DNA of 64,000 nucleotides from Candidatus Nanohaloarchaea archaeon. Lineage in GTDB: Archaea > Nanohalarchaeota > Nanosalinia > Nanosalinales > Nanosalinaceae. The stretch spans positions 224,001 to 288,000 of the forward strand of contig CP046106.1 of the NCBI GenBank assembly GCA_013343275.1. Direction: 5' to 3'. How positions within the stretch are numbered: the first letter of the stretch is position 1; each line of letters starts with the position of its first letter. The notes below the pieces were generated by a model. That model did not search any database. It saw only the letters and a list, made by a program, of their open reading frames with translations, and had not been told where the DNA came from. The position numbers and the translations under genes were made by a program. Below, piece by piece: positions 1 to 9,889 of this stretch.

Positions 1-2391
1 GAAATACTAACGGACATGTCGGATCCTTATCTTCCAGGGAGAGAGGACGCAAGGATAGAAGTAAACGTAACGAATAATACGAACGGAGAATATCTCTCCG
101 GAGCAACCGTGGAAATCAAGATTACCAATACTACTTACATCAGCACACAGAACCTTAACGAGGATACCGACAATAAGCGATATGAGCTTTACGCCATGGA
201 TATACCGGATGCAGTACAGCAGCAGTATGCTCTACATGTAATAGCTAATGTGGGAGGACAGACATCAGTTACAACACAGTTCATCAGCACAATGGACTAC
301 CTGAACACATCAGTGGACAAGGTGCAGGCAGGAGAGGCCTGTGGCCAGCAGAGCATGCCTACAAGCTGTGAGCCTGGGGCAACTCTTGATCTAGGCCTCA
401 ACGTAACATCGGCTTACGCTGAGAATGTAACTCTTCAAGTTCTGAAGGATAGTGTTGAAGGAGGCATGACTCAGGTGCAGGAGTTGGAGCTGACTGAAAA
501 CCAGGAGACAGGCCTTTATGAAGGACAGATAACCTATCCGCAGATCGATACCAGCAGTTATGAGGATAAACTGGTTCTGAAGTTTATCTCGGAGAATAAC
601 TACAGTCAGCATGTTTCCTACTACAATATCAGCAAGGCCAGTTTCGAGGTCTCAGAGGATATGAATCAGAAAGCATATCAGGGATCGCAGTATGGTATCA
701 AGTTCAGCTTGATGACTCCTTACACAGGGAATCCTTACAATGCAAGCAAGTTTGCCTCTGCCGATCTAAGCTTCAAGTATCCTAATGGCACCACTTACAG
801 GACGCTCAGTAAATCCAACCTCAGTTACGATAGCGAGACCGGCTGGGTGACAGGAGACGTACTTATTGAGCAGGGAGCGCCTAACGGTAGCTACACGCTG
901 GATGCTCAGGTCTCAAATATGTACGGCACGACGAAGTCGTTTACTCACAGCTTCGAGGTACTGACTACCTCCCAGATCTTTTCAGCGACCGACCAGATAA
1001 CTGTCGATCTGCAGAAGCAGAAAAATTACACGAAGAACTTCACTATAACGAATAAACTCTCAAGCAGCATAACAGTGAATCCTGAAGTAAACGGAGATAT
1101 ACAGGGTATAGCAAACGTAAATTCAGGCCAGAACATCGATATAGCAGCAGGGAATAGCACGAACGTAACTGTAGAGTTCGATATCGATGAAGTACAGGAC
1201 TACTCTGGAGAAATAGTTCTTCACGATACTGCCTCCGATTACAATGAGACAGTGGATGTCGAGCTTAATGCTCCAGACTGCGGTACGAGGAACGCTACTA
1301 TCTGTGTAAGCAGAGACGGATGGATTAACGTGACACGTGTAGGAAGAGGCCAGTCAAGCGAGACATTTACACTGAACTACCTTGGACCGGAAGAAGATGT
1401 AGCAGTTGAAATAGGGAAGAGAGGCGAAGCTGCCAGCCATATTTCGATATCTAACACCAGTTTCAATCTGTCCGACTCACGAGAGATAACATTGAACTAC
1501 ACAATCAACGAACCGGTAAACGTTACAGGAGAAATATTCGTCAACTCAACCTACGACATCACAATACCTACTGAGGTCGTAGGCGACTTCGCACAGCCAC
1601 AGGTAAATATGAGTGTAGTGAAAGACACTGTGGACTTAGGAGTAATACAGGCCCTGCAGACAGACTTCAAGGTAGAGGTGCAGAACAATGGAACAACAGC
1701 AATAGACTACTTCGAATCAACAGACCAAGTAACTATAGAAGACTATAACTCAATCGATCCATCCTCTACAGGCAATATCACCCTTAATATTTCCAGAGAG
1801 GATTACGGACTTACTGATCAGGCTATCACATTAACGGCCTACAGAGCAAACCCTGCAAACACTCAGGAAGAGCTATCCGGATCCTCAGATGCCTTCCAGC
1901 TGGTAGCAAGGTTTATGCCTGAAACTGAGGCCGCAGCCCAGAACATAACATCATGGGCAGACGAGCTAATGGGTAAGACTTTCAGTTCATCGATGATCAG
2001 CCGACTAGAACAGGCGAAGACCAACGCAACGATTATGAGGGACGAATTTAGCAAAGGGAACGACAAGAAGGCCTTCAGAATATACCAGACGACGATGGAC
2101 AACCTCGCAAGCATGGAGGAGGAAATAAACAGCAATACAAATACGGGAGGCCAGAACGGTGGAACTGGCCAAGATGATGCAACTGATGATCAGCAGGGCC
2201 AGAGCGGTGACTCTTCTGATAGTCCTACAGGCAATCCGTCTGGAGATGCTCAGAAGAAAAGCGGCGGTGCTGGAATACTACCTATTATTCTTGTGGTATT
2301 GATACTGGTTGTAGCAGGATTTATCTTCTACACCAGTTACATCCCCGAACCCGGAGACCCACTCTACGAATACCTGGGTGAACAACAGTAA
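1..2391 (+). CDS. Large membrane-anchored surface/S-layer-like glycoprotein with Ig-like beta domains (5' end truncated by window)
   Basis: Frame open from base 1; many N-x-S/T sequons; beta-rich; G/Q/D/S low-complexity linker then C-terminal TM helix (GILPIILVVLILVVAGFIFY). Confidence 0.75.
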   Translation, partial: EILTDMSDPYLPGREDARIEVNVTNNTNGEYLSGATVEIKITNTTYISTQNLNEDTDNKRYELYAMDIPDAVQQQYALHVIANVGGQTSVTTQFISTMDYLNTSVDKVQAGEACGQQSMPTSCEPGATLDLGLNVTSAYAENVTLQVLKDSVEGGMTQVQELELTENQETGLYEGQITYPQIDTSSYEDKLVLKFISENNYSQHVSYYNISKASFEVSEDMNQKAYQGSQYGIKFSLMTPYTGNPYNASKFASADLSFKYPNGTTYRTLSKSNLSYDSETGWVTGDVLIEQGAPNGSYTLDAQVSNMYGTTKSFTHSFEVLTTSQIFSATDQITVDLQKQKNYTKNFTITNKLSSSITVNPEVNGDIQGIANVNSGQNIDIAAGNSTNVTVEFDIDEVQDYSGEIVLHDTASDYNETVDVELNAPDCGTRNATICVSRDGWINVTRVGRGQSSETFTLNYLGPEEDVAVEIGKRGEAASHISISNTSFNLSDSREITLNYTINEPVNVTGEIFVNSTYDITIPTEVVGDFAQPQVNMSVVKDTVDLGVIQALQTDFKVEVQNNGTTAIDYFESTDQVTIEDYNSIDPSSTGNITLNISREDYGLTDQAITLTAYRANPANTQEELSGSSDAFQLVARFMPETEAAAQNITSWADELMGKTFSSSMISRLEQAKTNATIMRDEFSKGNDKKAFRIYQTTMDNLASMEEEINSNTNTGGQNGGTGQDDATDDQQGQSGDSSDSPTGNPSGDAQKKSGGAGILPIILVVLILVVAGFIFYTSYIPEPGDPLYEYLGEQQ

Positions 2392-2855
2392 TGGTACTAG
2401 GATTCCTGAGTTCGCTTCCTCAGCAATACAGCACAGTAATACTTCTGGTGCTGCTGCTTGCAGCATTCATTGCTGCTTTCAAACTTATGGAAATGGTATT
2501 CGAGACAATAATGGTGTCGGTGCTCTCAGCAGGAGCATACATAGCATTCACCAGACTGGTATACAACTCAATGCCAGGCCTCAATAATATCCTTCTATTT
2601 GCATTTGCAGGAGCATCACTCTACCTAGGATACACCTTACTGGCATCGGCCTACGGCCTCGCAGCAACTGTAATCAGTATACCTTACAGGATAATCAAGT
2701 TTGCCTTCAAAGGCCTGAGGAAAGCTTTCAGCTCTCTAATGAGCCAGGCAGAGGAGAAGAAAAAGTCGAGGAAACAGACAGAAAACGAGAAAGAAGTAAA
2801 GGAAGTAGTGCTTGACAAGATGAAAGGGGATAAGGACAAAGAGGAAGAAAACTAG
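2391..2855 (+). CDS. Membrane protein, hypothetical
   Basis: 3-4 hydrophobic helices, charged tail; TAATG overlap with upstream gene. Confidence 0.75.
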   Translation: MVLGFLSSLPQQYSTVILLVLLLAAFIAAFKLMEMVFETIMVSVLSAGAYIAFTRLVYNSMPGLNNILLFAFAGASLYLGYTLLASAYGLAATVISIPYRIIKFAFKGLRKAFSSLMSQAEEKKKSRKQTENEKEVKEVVLDKMKGDKDKEEEN

Positions 2856-3526
2856 TTCTCCTCAGCCTTCAAAGTCAGGCTTCCTGCATTCAACTCATTT
2901 ATCTTGCCTTCGAAAACAAATCTCTCCTGCTCAGGGTAGACAGTTATATTGCCTGAGAAAGAGTCAATTTTCAGGTTGCTGTTGTTAATACTCGTGGAAC
3001 TTGAAGCAGTCTCCACAACACCGGAAACTCCATCAAAACTGACTTTAACTCTTCTGGCACCGGTGATCGAGATCCTGCTTGTATCAAGCTCTTTCTCGAA
3101 ACTGAAACTTCTGGAAGAGTTCACGCCGCTGCTGATGTAACCAGAGGCCCTACCCTTGACATCTGTGCTGTTGGTATCGAAAACCATCTTTCCGTTGAAC
3201 CCTGTCAATGTAACTTCGGAATCAGAACTTATCGAGAACCTTTCCGCGCTGTAGGAGGTCATGTTCTTCGCAGTGAAGGAGGCCTCTGAGAACTTCAGGG
3301 TTTCCTCTCCCTCAGCAGTTATGTTAATACTTACAGATTTTGTAGGCTCAGGCCTGTTCGAAAGCATGGAGAAAATATCTATAGACTTGGGAAATATCCC
3401 TTCAAGAATGTTCTTCTGCTGGGAGTTAATATTCTGTACATCTGCTTGATTAAGCGAGCCTCCGTTGATCCCTACTGCAAGGGCCATTATAGAGGCAAAT
3501 ACCGCGGCTAGAATTCTGGCTTCCAT
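2852..3526 (-). CDS. Secreted/membrane-anchored hypothetical protein
   Basis: Start reassigned to MEARILAAVF (3526), giving an N-terminal hydrophobic signal and avoiding overlap with the divergent gene. Confidence 0.7.
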   Translation of the reverse strand: MEARILAAVFASIMALAVGINGGSLNQADVQNINSQQKNILEGIFPKSIDIFSMLSNRPEPTKSVSINITAEGEETLKFSEASFTAKNMTSYSAERFSISSDSEVTLTGFNGKMVFDTNSTDVKGRASGYISSGVNSSRSFSFEKELDTSRISITGARRVKVSFDGVSGVVETASSSTSINNSNLKIDSFSGNITVYPEQERFVFEGKINELNAGSLTLKAEEN

Positions 3527-3563
3527 AAAAGGAATGTAAAGTCTTGCCTCGATATAAAACCAT

Positions 3564-4130
3564 GTGAAAGCAGTAATCCTAGTCGAACCAGAAATACCGG
3601 AGAACACCGGCTCAATCGCCCGCCTAGCCCACAACTACGACTACCAGATACGGATAGTCAATCCGGAATTCAACCTGGAAAAAGCCCGGAAGACAGCGAA
3701 AAACGGCCAGGAAAAACTGAGAAACGCAAAAATATACGATAATGTAGAGGAAGCAGTTGACGGACTGGACTTCGTTGTCGGAACCAAGCCAGGTAAAGGA
3801 GTGGGCCTGAAAGAGTTCACGCCGAGAGACAATACTTCTATCATGATCGGCCGGGAGAGTTCGGGCCTTTCCAATGAGGAACTTGAAATGTGTGATGCAG
3901 TTGTCCATATCGAGACCGAAGACTACCGGTCAATCAACCAGAGTCACGCAACGGCCATAGTAATGCACAGTTTTGCTGAAACGGAAGGAGAAGGCCTTGA
4001 TCTGGACAAGAAAGAATATATTTCCAGTATAGTTGATTCAGAGGTTTTAGAAAAACTTATTTTCAGGGCCAATCCGTCGGAAAGTGAGGCCAATCGCCTG
4101 ATCGGTGATCTCAAGGATATGTCTGACTGA
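3564..4130 (+). CDS. SPOUT tRNA/rRNA methyltransferase, TrmJ/TrmH family
   Basis: VILVEPEIPENTGSIAR, IGRESSGLSNEEL, SINQSHA SPOUT motifs. Confidence 0.88.
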   Translation: MKAVILVEPEIPENTGSIARLAHNYDYQIRIVNPEFNLEKARKTAKNGQEKLRNAKIYDNVEEAVDGLDFVVGTKPGKGVGLKEFTPRDNTSIMIGRESSGLSNEELEMCDAVVHIETEDYRSINQSHATAIVMHSFAETEGEGLDLDKKEYISSIVDSEVLEKLIFRANPSESEANRLIGDLKDMSD

Positions 4131-4181
4131 GTTCGAACCATTGGTTTCAGAGTTAAAAAGATGGTAAATTAATTCTGTTTC

Positions 4182-5459
4182 ATGCCTCTAGGAATACTTG
4201 CAGCAGGCGGAAACGACTTACTAACTCAGATATACCAAATCCTGATGATAATATCCTTCCTGATATTCCCTGCCCTGATAATCTTCGGACCGAGACTTAT
4301 GGTCTGGCAGGTAGACAGGAAGATGAAAGATGTACTTTTCGACCTCGAGGCCTACAAGGAATCTACAGAGGCCATGTTCCTCGACAAGCTTACGTCCGAT
4401 CCAAACCCCGGACTTAAGGACAAGATGAACTCTCTGAAGAACTTCCAGATGTCCGCACCAACAAATCTGGACCCGGCAGGAATGGTTCAGAGACTTGAAC
4501 ACGTACTTGACACATCAGAGAGCAAGTTCAGAAGATTCGTAGAGAACCAGGCAGATACAGAAGACGAAGAAGAACTGGCAGACCTGACAATGGCCTTCAA
4601 GGGAGTAATGGGTACCAACCAGATCTACAAGGTAATGAACCACTTCAGACAGCTTATCAAGAAAACACAGAACTTTCAGATGGTAGGTCTCGTCAACATG
4701 ATGATGCCTATCTACAAGGAGATCGCAGAAGCTCAGAAAGAAGCAACACGGGCCTTCGTCAACCAGGCACCGACCGGCGACGGAATCGGCCCGCTTGTCG
4801 CAGCTAAGCTCATAGAATCAGACGAAGAACCGGAAGAAGTAGCAGAAGACATCATCAAGTCAGAGGAAGAAATTGACGGCAACAAGGTCCACGTAGTCAA
4901 AAGCAGAGGCCCAGGAGCCCGCCTGGGTAAATACGGCGACGCAATTGACACACTCGCCGAAGAAAACGATCTGGAAGCCATCATTACAGTTGATGCAGCC
5001 GGAAAGTTCGAGGGAGAAGACACTGGAGCAGTCTACGAAGGCGTAGGCGTCATGATGGGAGGCCCCGGCGTAGAGAAATCGAAGATTGAGGAAGCAGCAA
5101 CTGACCACGACGTACCGCTTGAAGGAGTAGTAATCAAACAGTCGCCGCCAGAAGCCTCCAAGCCTATGAAGAAAGAGATCTACGAGGCCTACCACGAAGC
5201 AGTCGACAAAGTAAACGAAATAGTCGGCGAATACGACGGTGAAGTAGCAGTAGTAGGAGTAGGAAACACCTGCGGAGTAGGCAACACTCGCTCACAGGTA
5301 GCTGGAGTCCATAACAGGCTCAGGAAGTTCTGGAAAGAGTACGAAGAAAAGGAAGAGGAAGAAGTCAGCTACCAGGGCATGATGGGAATCCTGCCAGGAG
5401 GAGACCAGGCCCAGCTAGAAGAAGTCAAATCCAGCATCCTCTGGAAACTACCAAGATAA
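4182..5459 (+). CDS. DUF1512-family archaeal protein
   Basis: N-terminal TM; PTGDGIGPLVA, ITVDAAGKFEGE, GVGNTCGVGN motifs recalled for DUF1512. Confidence 0.75.
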   Translation: MPLGILAAGGNDLLTQIYQILMIISFLIFPALIIFGPRLMVWQVDRKMKDVLFDLEAYKESTEAMFLDKLTSDPNPGLKDKMNSLKNFQMSAPTNLDPAGMVQRLEHVLDTSESKFRRFVENQADTEDEEELADLTMAFKGVMGTNQIYKVMNHFRQLIKKTQNFQMVGLVNMMMPIYKEIAEAQKEATRAFVNQAPTGDGIGPLVAAKLIESDEEPEEVAEDIIKSEEEIDGNKVHVVKSRGPGARLGKYGDAIDTLAEENDLEAIITVDAAGKFEGEDTGAVYEGVGVMMGGPGVEKSKIEEAATDHDVPLEGVVIKQSPPEASKPMKKEIYEAYHEAVDKVNEIVGEYDGEVAVVGVGNTCGVGNTRSQVAGVHNRLRKFWKEYEEKEEEEVSYQGMMGILPGGDQAQLEEVKSSILWKLPR

Positions 5460-5462
5460 GGC

Positions 5463-5503
5463 CTCTCCTCACTTCTCATTTTTCATTTCTTCTCTTACTC
5501 TTC
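5463..5503 (+). terminator. Pyrimidine/U-rich tract, probable archaeal terminator
   Basis: ctctcctcacttctcatttttcatttcttctcttactcttc directly after the stop; similar tracts follow several other genes. Confidence 0.45.
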
Positions 5504-5538
5504 ACAGCCATTATTTTTTATACCACTCCAGCCAATCA

Positions 5539-8067
5539 ATGTGTATGTATAAGAAGCTGCTACTAGCCCTACTGTTCTTTACATTCTTCCTGACTCAAGC
5601 TAACGCTGTTAGCTGGGACTGGACTCCCGCCACATCAGATCCGGCAGAAGGAGATGACTATGAAAACGGAGTTGAGAACTTTGAATATGGGGACACGGTT
5701 AGAAATGCGTTTAGGGGCTCGATAGGTAAGGAGTTTGTTCTCTCATGTAATGATGGTGTTGGATATTCAGGTAGTTGCCCTGCTAAGGATTTGACTCTAA
5801 ATATTTGCGGTAAATCGATAAATCTTAATCACAAAGGTACTACTGAGGGCAATCCCGGTGAACATGTGTGGGGGATGTCAACCCATAGGGTATATGGTAG
5901 TGAAAATTACGGAGGAAATATCCCTTGTTATCTAGGATCTCATAGTATTACCATTACAAATGATGGCTCGCCAGTAGGTATTCCAGATGACGAGGACGAC
6001 TTCAATGTAGTGCCGGAAGACATGCCGCCTAATAGAGGGAAATACCTTATCATGGCTATGGACCAGGCTGGCTCCACTGCAGAGGGATCTTCTCTTGACA
6101 ATATTCATGGCTTCTTCCTCTCAAATGATCCAAGCTGGAAGAGCTTCAGTCTTTCTAAGACTGATGTTGTAGCAGCTGAGATGGATGCAGGGTGTCCTGA
6201 CATGCTGAAAGTACAGTCAAAAGCTGTAGGCACTGTAATACCTATGGAGGATGGCTTCAAGATGAGGAGAGCTGTTAAAATGGATACGATAAACTATCAC
6301 ACGTCTTGGACTTGCACAGATGCGCAGATGGATGCATGGGAATTACTTGATTCTCCTCTAAATAAGAACCTCGGCAGAAAGTTTGGAGTAAAGGAAAGGT
6401 TGTATCCCGGCAGTATTTCACCTGTCTGGGACCGTAACTCTGAAGGATACTACCCTGATGGAGAAATAATCAAGGCCAAGACTACATCTGGACAGGGGCC
6501 TTTCTGGTTTATCTGCAGAGGAAGTATGGATGGCCAGAGAGTAAATGTAGACGGTCAAACCTACCGGTGCGATGTCAAAGGTAACGGTGTTGACTGGAGA
6601 GGAAATGAGCCAAAGACATGGATTATACCAGATGATGGGCCAACCTGTCAGTCACCGGTAGTAGGGCTTAAACCTGATGGAACAAAGGCAGTATTTTGGG
6701 ATGTTAACGAAGATGCTGCACCTACCGATGCACGTACCGGCTGCAACTACACGAATATCGATACCACTATAGAGACAGGTCAGCCCGATCTCTTCCTGTG
6801 TAGCAAGTCAGATGGCCCTAGAGAAACCTCTGCAACCGGTGGAGACACTTTGACAACCGGTGAAGAAAACTACTGCCAGTTTAATATGGACTCAACAGGA
6901 AGCTTATCTCTGGGAGACTACCACAATGGGAGCGCTCTTGCGGTAAGATACTTCGTTCCTAAGGAAGCAATACCTGTAGGAGAAGAAGGTTCGGAATATG
7001 CAACTACCTCAGGGTTCAAGAATACAAGATACGATCACATACACCGTGCTGAGCTAGATGCAATACCCTGCAACTATGAGGACTATAACTACTATCCTTG
7101 CAGAACAGCTCACAACCAGAGCAAATACCAAGGAATTAACGTTTCAACAGGAACAGCCTACAACAACTCATTTACCAACTTGGACGAAGACGCAGTAAGA
7201 AACATGTGGAAAGTAAGCAACGCAACAGGCCAGTACACATCAGATATTGATGGAATAGATAGTTCCCGACTGAACCAGATAGACGTTGGTAGAAACAACT
7301 CCGAAGTATTCAATGGAGGATTCTACCCTAAATGCTTAGGAGGCCAGCAGTGGACATATACTCCTACTCAAGAAACAGTTTCGGGATGGGAGTGTTCCGG
7401 TGCGCTAGATTTCAAAATACCAGTTTACTCCTTTGATACCAGCCAGTTCTATGGAGAAACTACAACTGGTTTCTGGATTAAGCCATATGTTTTCAGAGAA
7501 GTTACTGCAGACCCTCAATTTACAAGTTACCGACAGGCAAGGTTAGATGAAGATAAATCTGCTGCGACTCTTGAGCAGATTAGATCGGTTTGCTGGGAGG
7601 GAACTGCCTCTGAGAAGCCAAGTGAGTTTAATTCCAGTAACTCCGGCGACTGGTTTGCTAAAGAAGTAACTGGAATAGGTACCAGTCCAAGCGTGCCTGT
7701 TCCTGTAGTAGGTAACTTCAGTGCTTCTTCAAGCTCTGTTGGAGACTATACCTGCAAGTTTGAGTTTATCAACTCTAATGGTAACCCTGTTAGAGTTCAG
7801 GGTAACTTGGTAGCTATCTCTCATGAGGCTGCTGCCAAACAGCACCGTTCTCTGGCCATCCTTACGGGAGAGTACTCTACATGGATTAACCCGGACTGGT
7901 TCGCTGAATCAACTATCTGTGGCGGGAGTTGCAGTCTGCTGATAGAGAAAGAGGACCTGAACGGTACAGTACCTCAGTCACAGGTTAGAAGACTAACCAG
8001 TCAGTGGAAAGATAATCTGGGATACAGCTACAGCAGCTTTACTCCAAACGGATACCTAGCACAATAA
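5539..8067 (+). CDS. Large secreted Cys-rich protein, unknown function
   Basis: Signal peptide (KKLLLALLFFTFFLTQANA); many Cys/Trp/Gly; 842 aa. Confidence 0.75.
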   Translation: MCMYKKLLLALLFFTFFLTQANAVSWDWTPATSDPAEGDDYENGVENFEYGDTVRNAFRGSIGKEFVLSCNDGVGYSGSCPAKDLTLNICGKSINLNHKGTTEGNPGEHVWGMSTHRVYGSENYGGNIPCYLGSHSITITNDGSPVGIPDDEDDFNVVPEDMPPNRGKYLIMAMDQAGSTAEGSSLDNIHGFFLSNDPSWKSFSLSKTDVVAAEMDAGCPDMLKVQSKAVGTVIPMEDGFKMRRAVKMDTINYHTSWTCTDAQMDAWELLDSPLNKNLGRKFGVKERLYPGSISPVWDRNSEGYYPDGEIIKAKTTSGQGPFWFICRGSMDGQRVNVDGQTYRCDVKGNGVDWRGNEPKTWIIPDDGPTCQSPVVGLKPDGTKAVFWDVNEDAAPTDARTGCNYTNIDTTIETGQPDLFLCSKSDGPRETSATGGDTLTTGEENYCQFNMDSTGSLSLGDYHNGSALAVRYFVPKEAIPVGEEGSEYATTSGFKNTRYDHIHRAELDAIPCNYEDYNYYPCRTAHNQSKYQGINVSTGTAYNNSFTNLDEDAVRNMWKVSNATGQYTSDIDGIDSSRLNQIDVGRNNSEVFNGGFYPKCLGGQQWTYTPTQETVSGWECSGALDFKIPVYSFDTSQFYGETTTGFWIKPYVFREVTADPQFTSYRQARLDEDKSAATLEQIRSVCWEGTASEKPSEFNSSNSGDWFAKEVTGIGTSPSVPVPVVGNFSASSSSVGDYTCKFEFINSNGNPVRVQGNLVAISHEAAAKQHRSLAILTGEYSTWINPDWFAESTICGGSCSLLIEKEDLNGTVPQSQVRRLTSQWKDNLGYSYSSFTPNGYLAQ

Positions 8068-8071
8068 AGAA

Positions 8072-9766
8072 CTATGCGCCGGCCAGTGTTTGCTGGCCCA
8101 TGTCTCCTTCTATTTCTTCTCCCTCCAGTGTTGCGTCGATTTCTTCCGCGCTCATCGAGTAGGAAGGATTGTCTCGGAGGAACTGGTTGAAATCATCGTA
8201 ATGGCCTTGTTCATCCTGCCATACATCTTCGACAACAGATTCGTCTTCTACAACTGCGTACTGTGGGTTCCCGGTGTCTCCGTAGATTATGTGGTTGGTG
8301 TCCTTGTCTTTTAGCAGTTCGTTCATCACTTTAGCTTGGTTATGTAGTTCTTGGAAGTCAGCGTCATTTTGATTGTAGGTTCTTAGTTTTTCCGTGAAGT
8401 CTTGGAGGTACTCTGTTGTTGGGGCAACTTTTTCTGCTCGAGCCATGGAGGCTTTATTACCCTCTACTTCGGCCGTGATAGGGGAGCTTGCTATATTCTT
8501 GACTAAAGACGATGCTTTTCTTTTGTTTGACTCAAAATTTGAGTTGTATTGGTTGTTACTGTGTCCTTCCCATCCAAACCGTAGTGGGTGCCAGAACTGC
8601 TGGTAGCCATCGTTTCCTGGTTCTAAGTACCCTGAGTTCTCTACTAATGGATGCATCTGAGGGTCTTCTGACGTGGCTGTTACTGGTCCCTTTATGGTCT
8701 CCATTATCCGGAGTTCGTCGGTTCCATCGGCGTTTTTTCCGTAGATTAGGCCATTGCCGTGTCCGCCGTCTAACTGGAATTCCCATGCATGTAGTTCCAG
8801 GTCTCTGTTATTCTTCTGTTCAACTGCCTGTTCCAGAACGGGGGCGTAGACATTGTTCTCGCTGCTTATTGGGCCTTCGTTGGTCATTGTGCGTTGCCAG
8901 TTGAAGTAGTAGCTGTGTATCCAGTCGAGTGCTTCTTCTACTGTTTCTGCATTTGAGAACTTTTCGGCGTTGAAGTGGCCGAAGCTCTCTCCCCACTCTC
9001 CGTTTGGATAGACAAAGCCGTAACCCTGTTTTGCTTGCTCTATCTGTGGATTGCCTGTATCTGTTCCTATGCTTTGTATGAACTGACTGGTTTCTGATGA
9101 CGGGTCTGTCTGTGGGCTCGGTGCTAGTTCTTCGTAGTCGTTGTCGTGGTACCATTCGAGTGCGGCGAGATCGACTCCTAGTTTGTCGAATCCTAGGGCC
9201 TCGTGACTGCTGTAGGTGTCGAGTGTTGGATCTGTGGTGATGAATCCGCCTTTTTCCTGCAAGTAGTTTTCCTCGTCGCTTTTCTGCTGTATTGTGTTCC
9301 TCAGTTCTTCATTTCTCTCTGGTACTACATCCAGTTTGTAGTTTCCTGGTGTAGGTTTGGAGGCCTGTGCTGTGTCTTCTGCTGTCGCTCCGTTTCTACT
9401 TGCTGTTGCCTTGAATTCCTGTTGGCCCTTCTTCATTTGGCCTGGCTGTACTGTTAAACTGTTTTCCTGCCACTGTTCTGACTCTCTGTTAATCTGTACT
9501 TTACCGTTGCTTACAGTTACTTGAGTGGGTTGGCCGCTGCTCTGAACTGAGAATTGGGCCTGGTAGTCCTCAATACTCTGAGAATCTGTCCAGATTGAAG
9601 GCAGTTGAGAAGGTTGGGCCTCTGTAGAAATACTTACAGAAATATCTTGGCTAGGGTTGTTATCGTTACTGTTGTTACTTTCATCTCCACCTGTAACTGT
9701 GTTGCACCCTGCAAGGCCTGTTAAGGTTGCAGCGCCGGCGGCCTTCATGAAGTCTCGTCGTTTCAA
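8072..9766 (-). CDS. Tat-exported lipoprotein, unknown function
   Basis: MKRRDFMKAAGAATLTGLAGC: twin-arginine motif plus LAGC lipobox. Confidence 0.8.
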   Translation of the reverse strand: MKRRDFMKAAGAATLTGLAGCNTVTGGDESNNSNDNNPSQDISVSISTEAQPSQLPSIWTDSQSIEDYQAQFSVQSSGQPTQVTVSNGKVQINRESEQWQENSLTVQPGQMKKGQQEFKATASRNGATAEDTAQASKPTPGNYKLDVVPERNEELRNTIQQKSDEENYLQEKGGFITTDPTLDTYSSHEALGFDKLGVDLAALEWYHDNDYEELAPSPQTDPSSETSQFIQSIGTDTGNPQIEQAKQGYGFVYPNGEWGESFGHFNAEKFSNAETVEEALDWIHSYYFNWQRTMTNEGPISSENNVYAPVLEQAVEQKNNRDLELHAWEFQLDGGHGNGLIYGKNADGTDELRIMETIKGPVTATSEDPQMHPLVENSGYLEPGNDGYQQFWHPLRFGWEGHSNNQYNSNFESNKRKASSLVKNIASSPITAEVEGNKASMARAEKVAPTTEYLQDFTEKLRTYNQNDADFQELHNQAKVMNELLKDKDTNHIIYGDTGNPQYAVVEDESVVEDVWQDEQGHYDDFNQFLRDNPSYSMSAEEIDATLEGEEIEGDMGQQTLAGA

Positions 9767-9889
9767 AGACAGAACCCTCGTTGTTACTAAGTAATAACGT
9801 CATGCTCGTTTATATATCTTTTCTACAATGGAGGTGCCGACCTATACTCTTTGAGAGGTTTTTTATTCACGGCCTCACCTTTAGAACTT

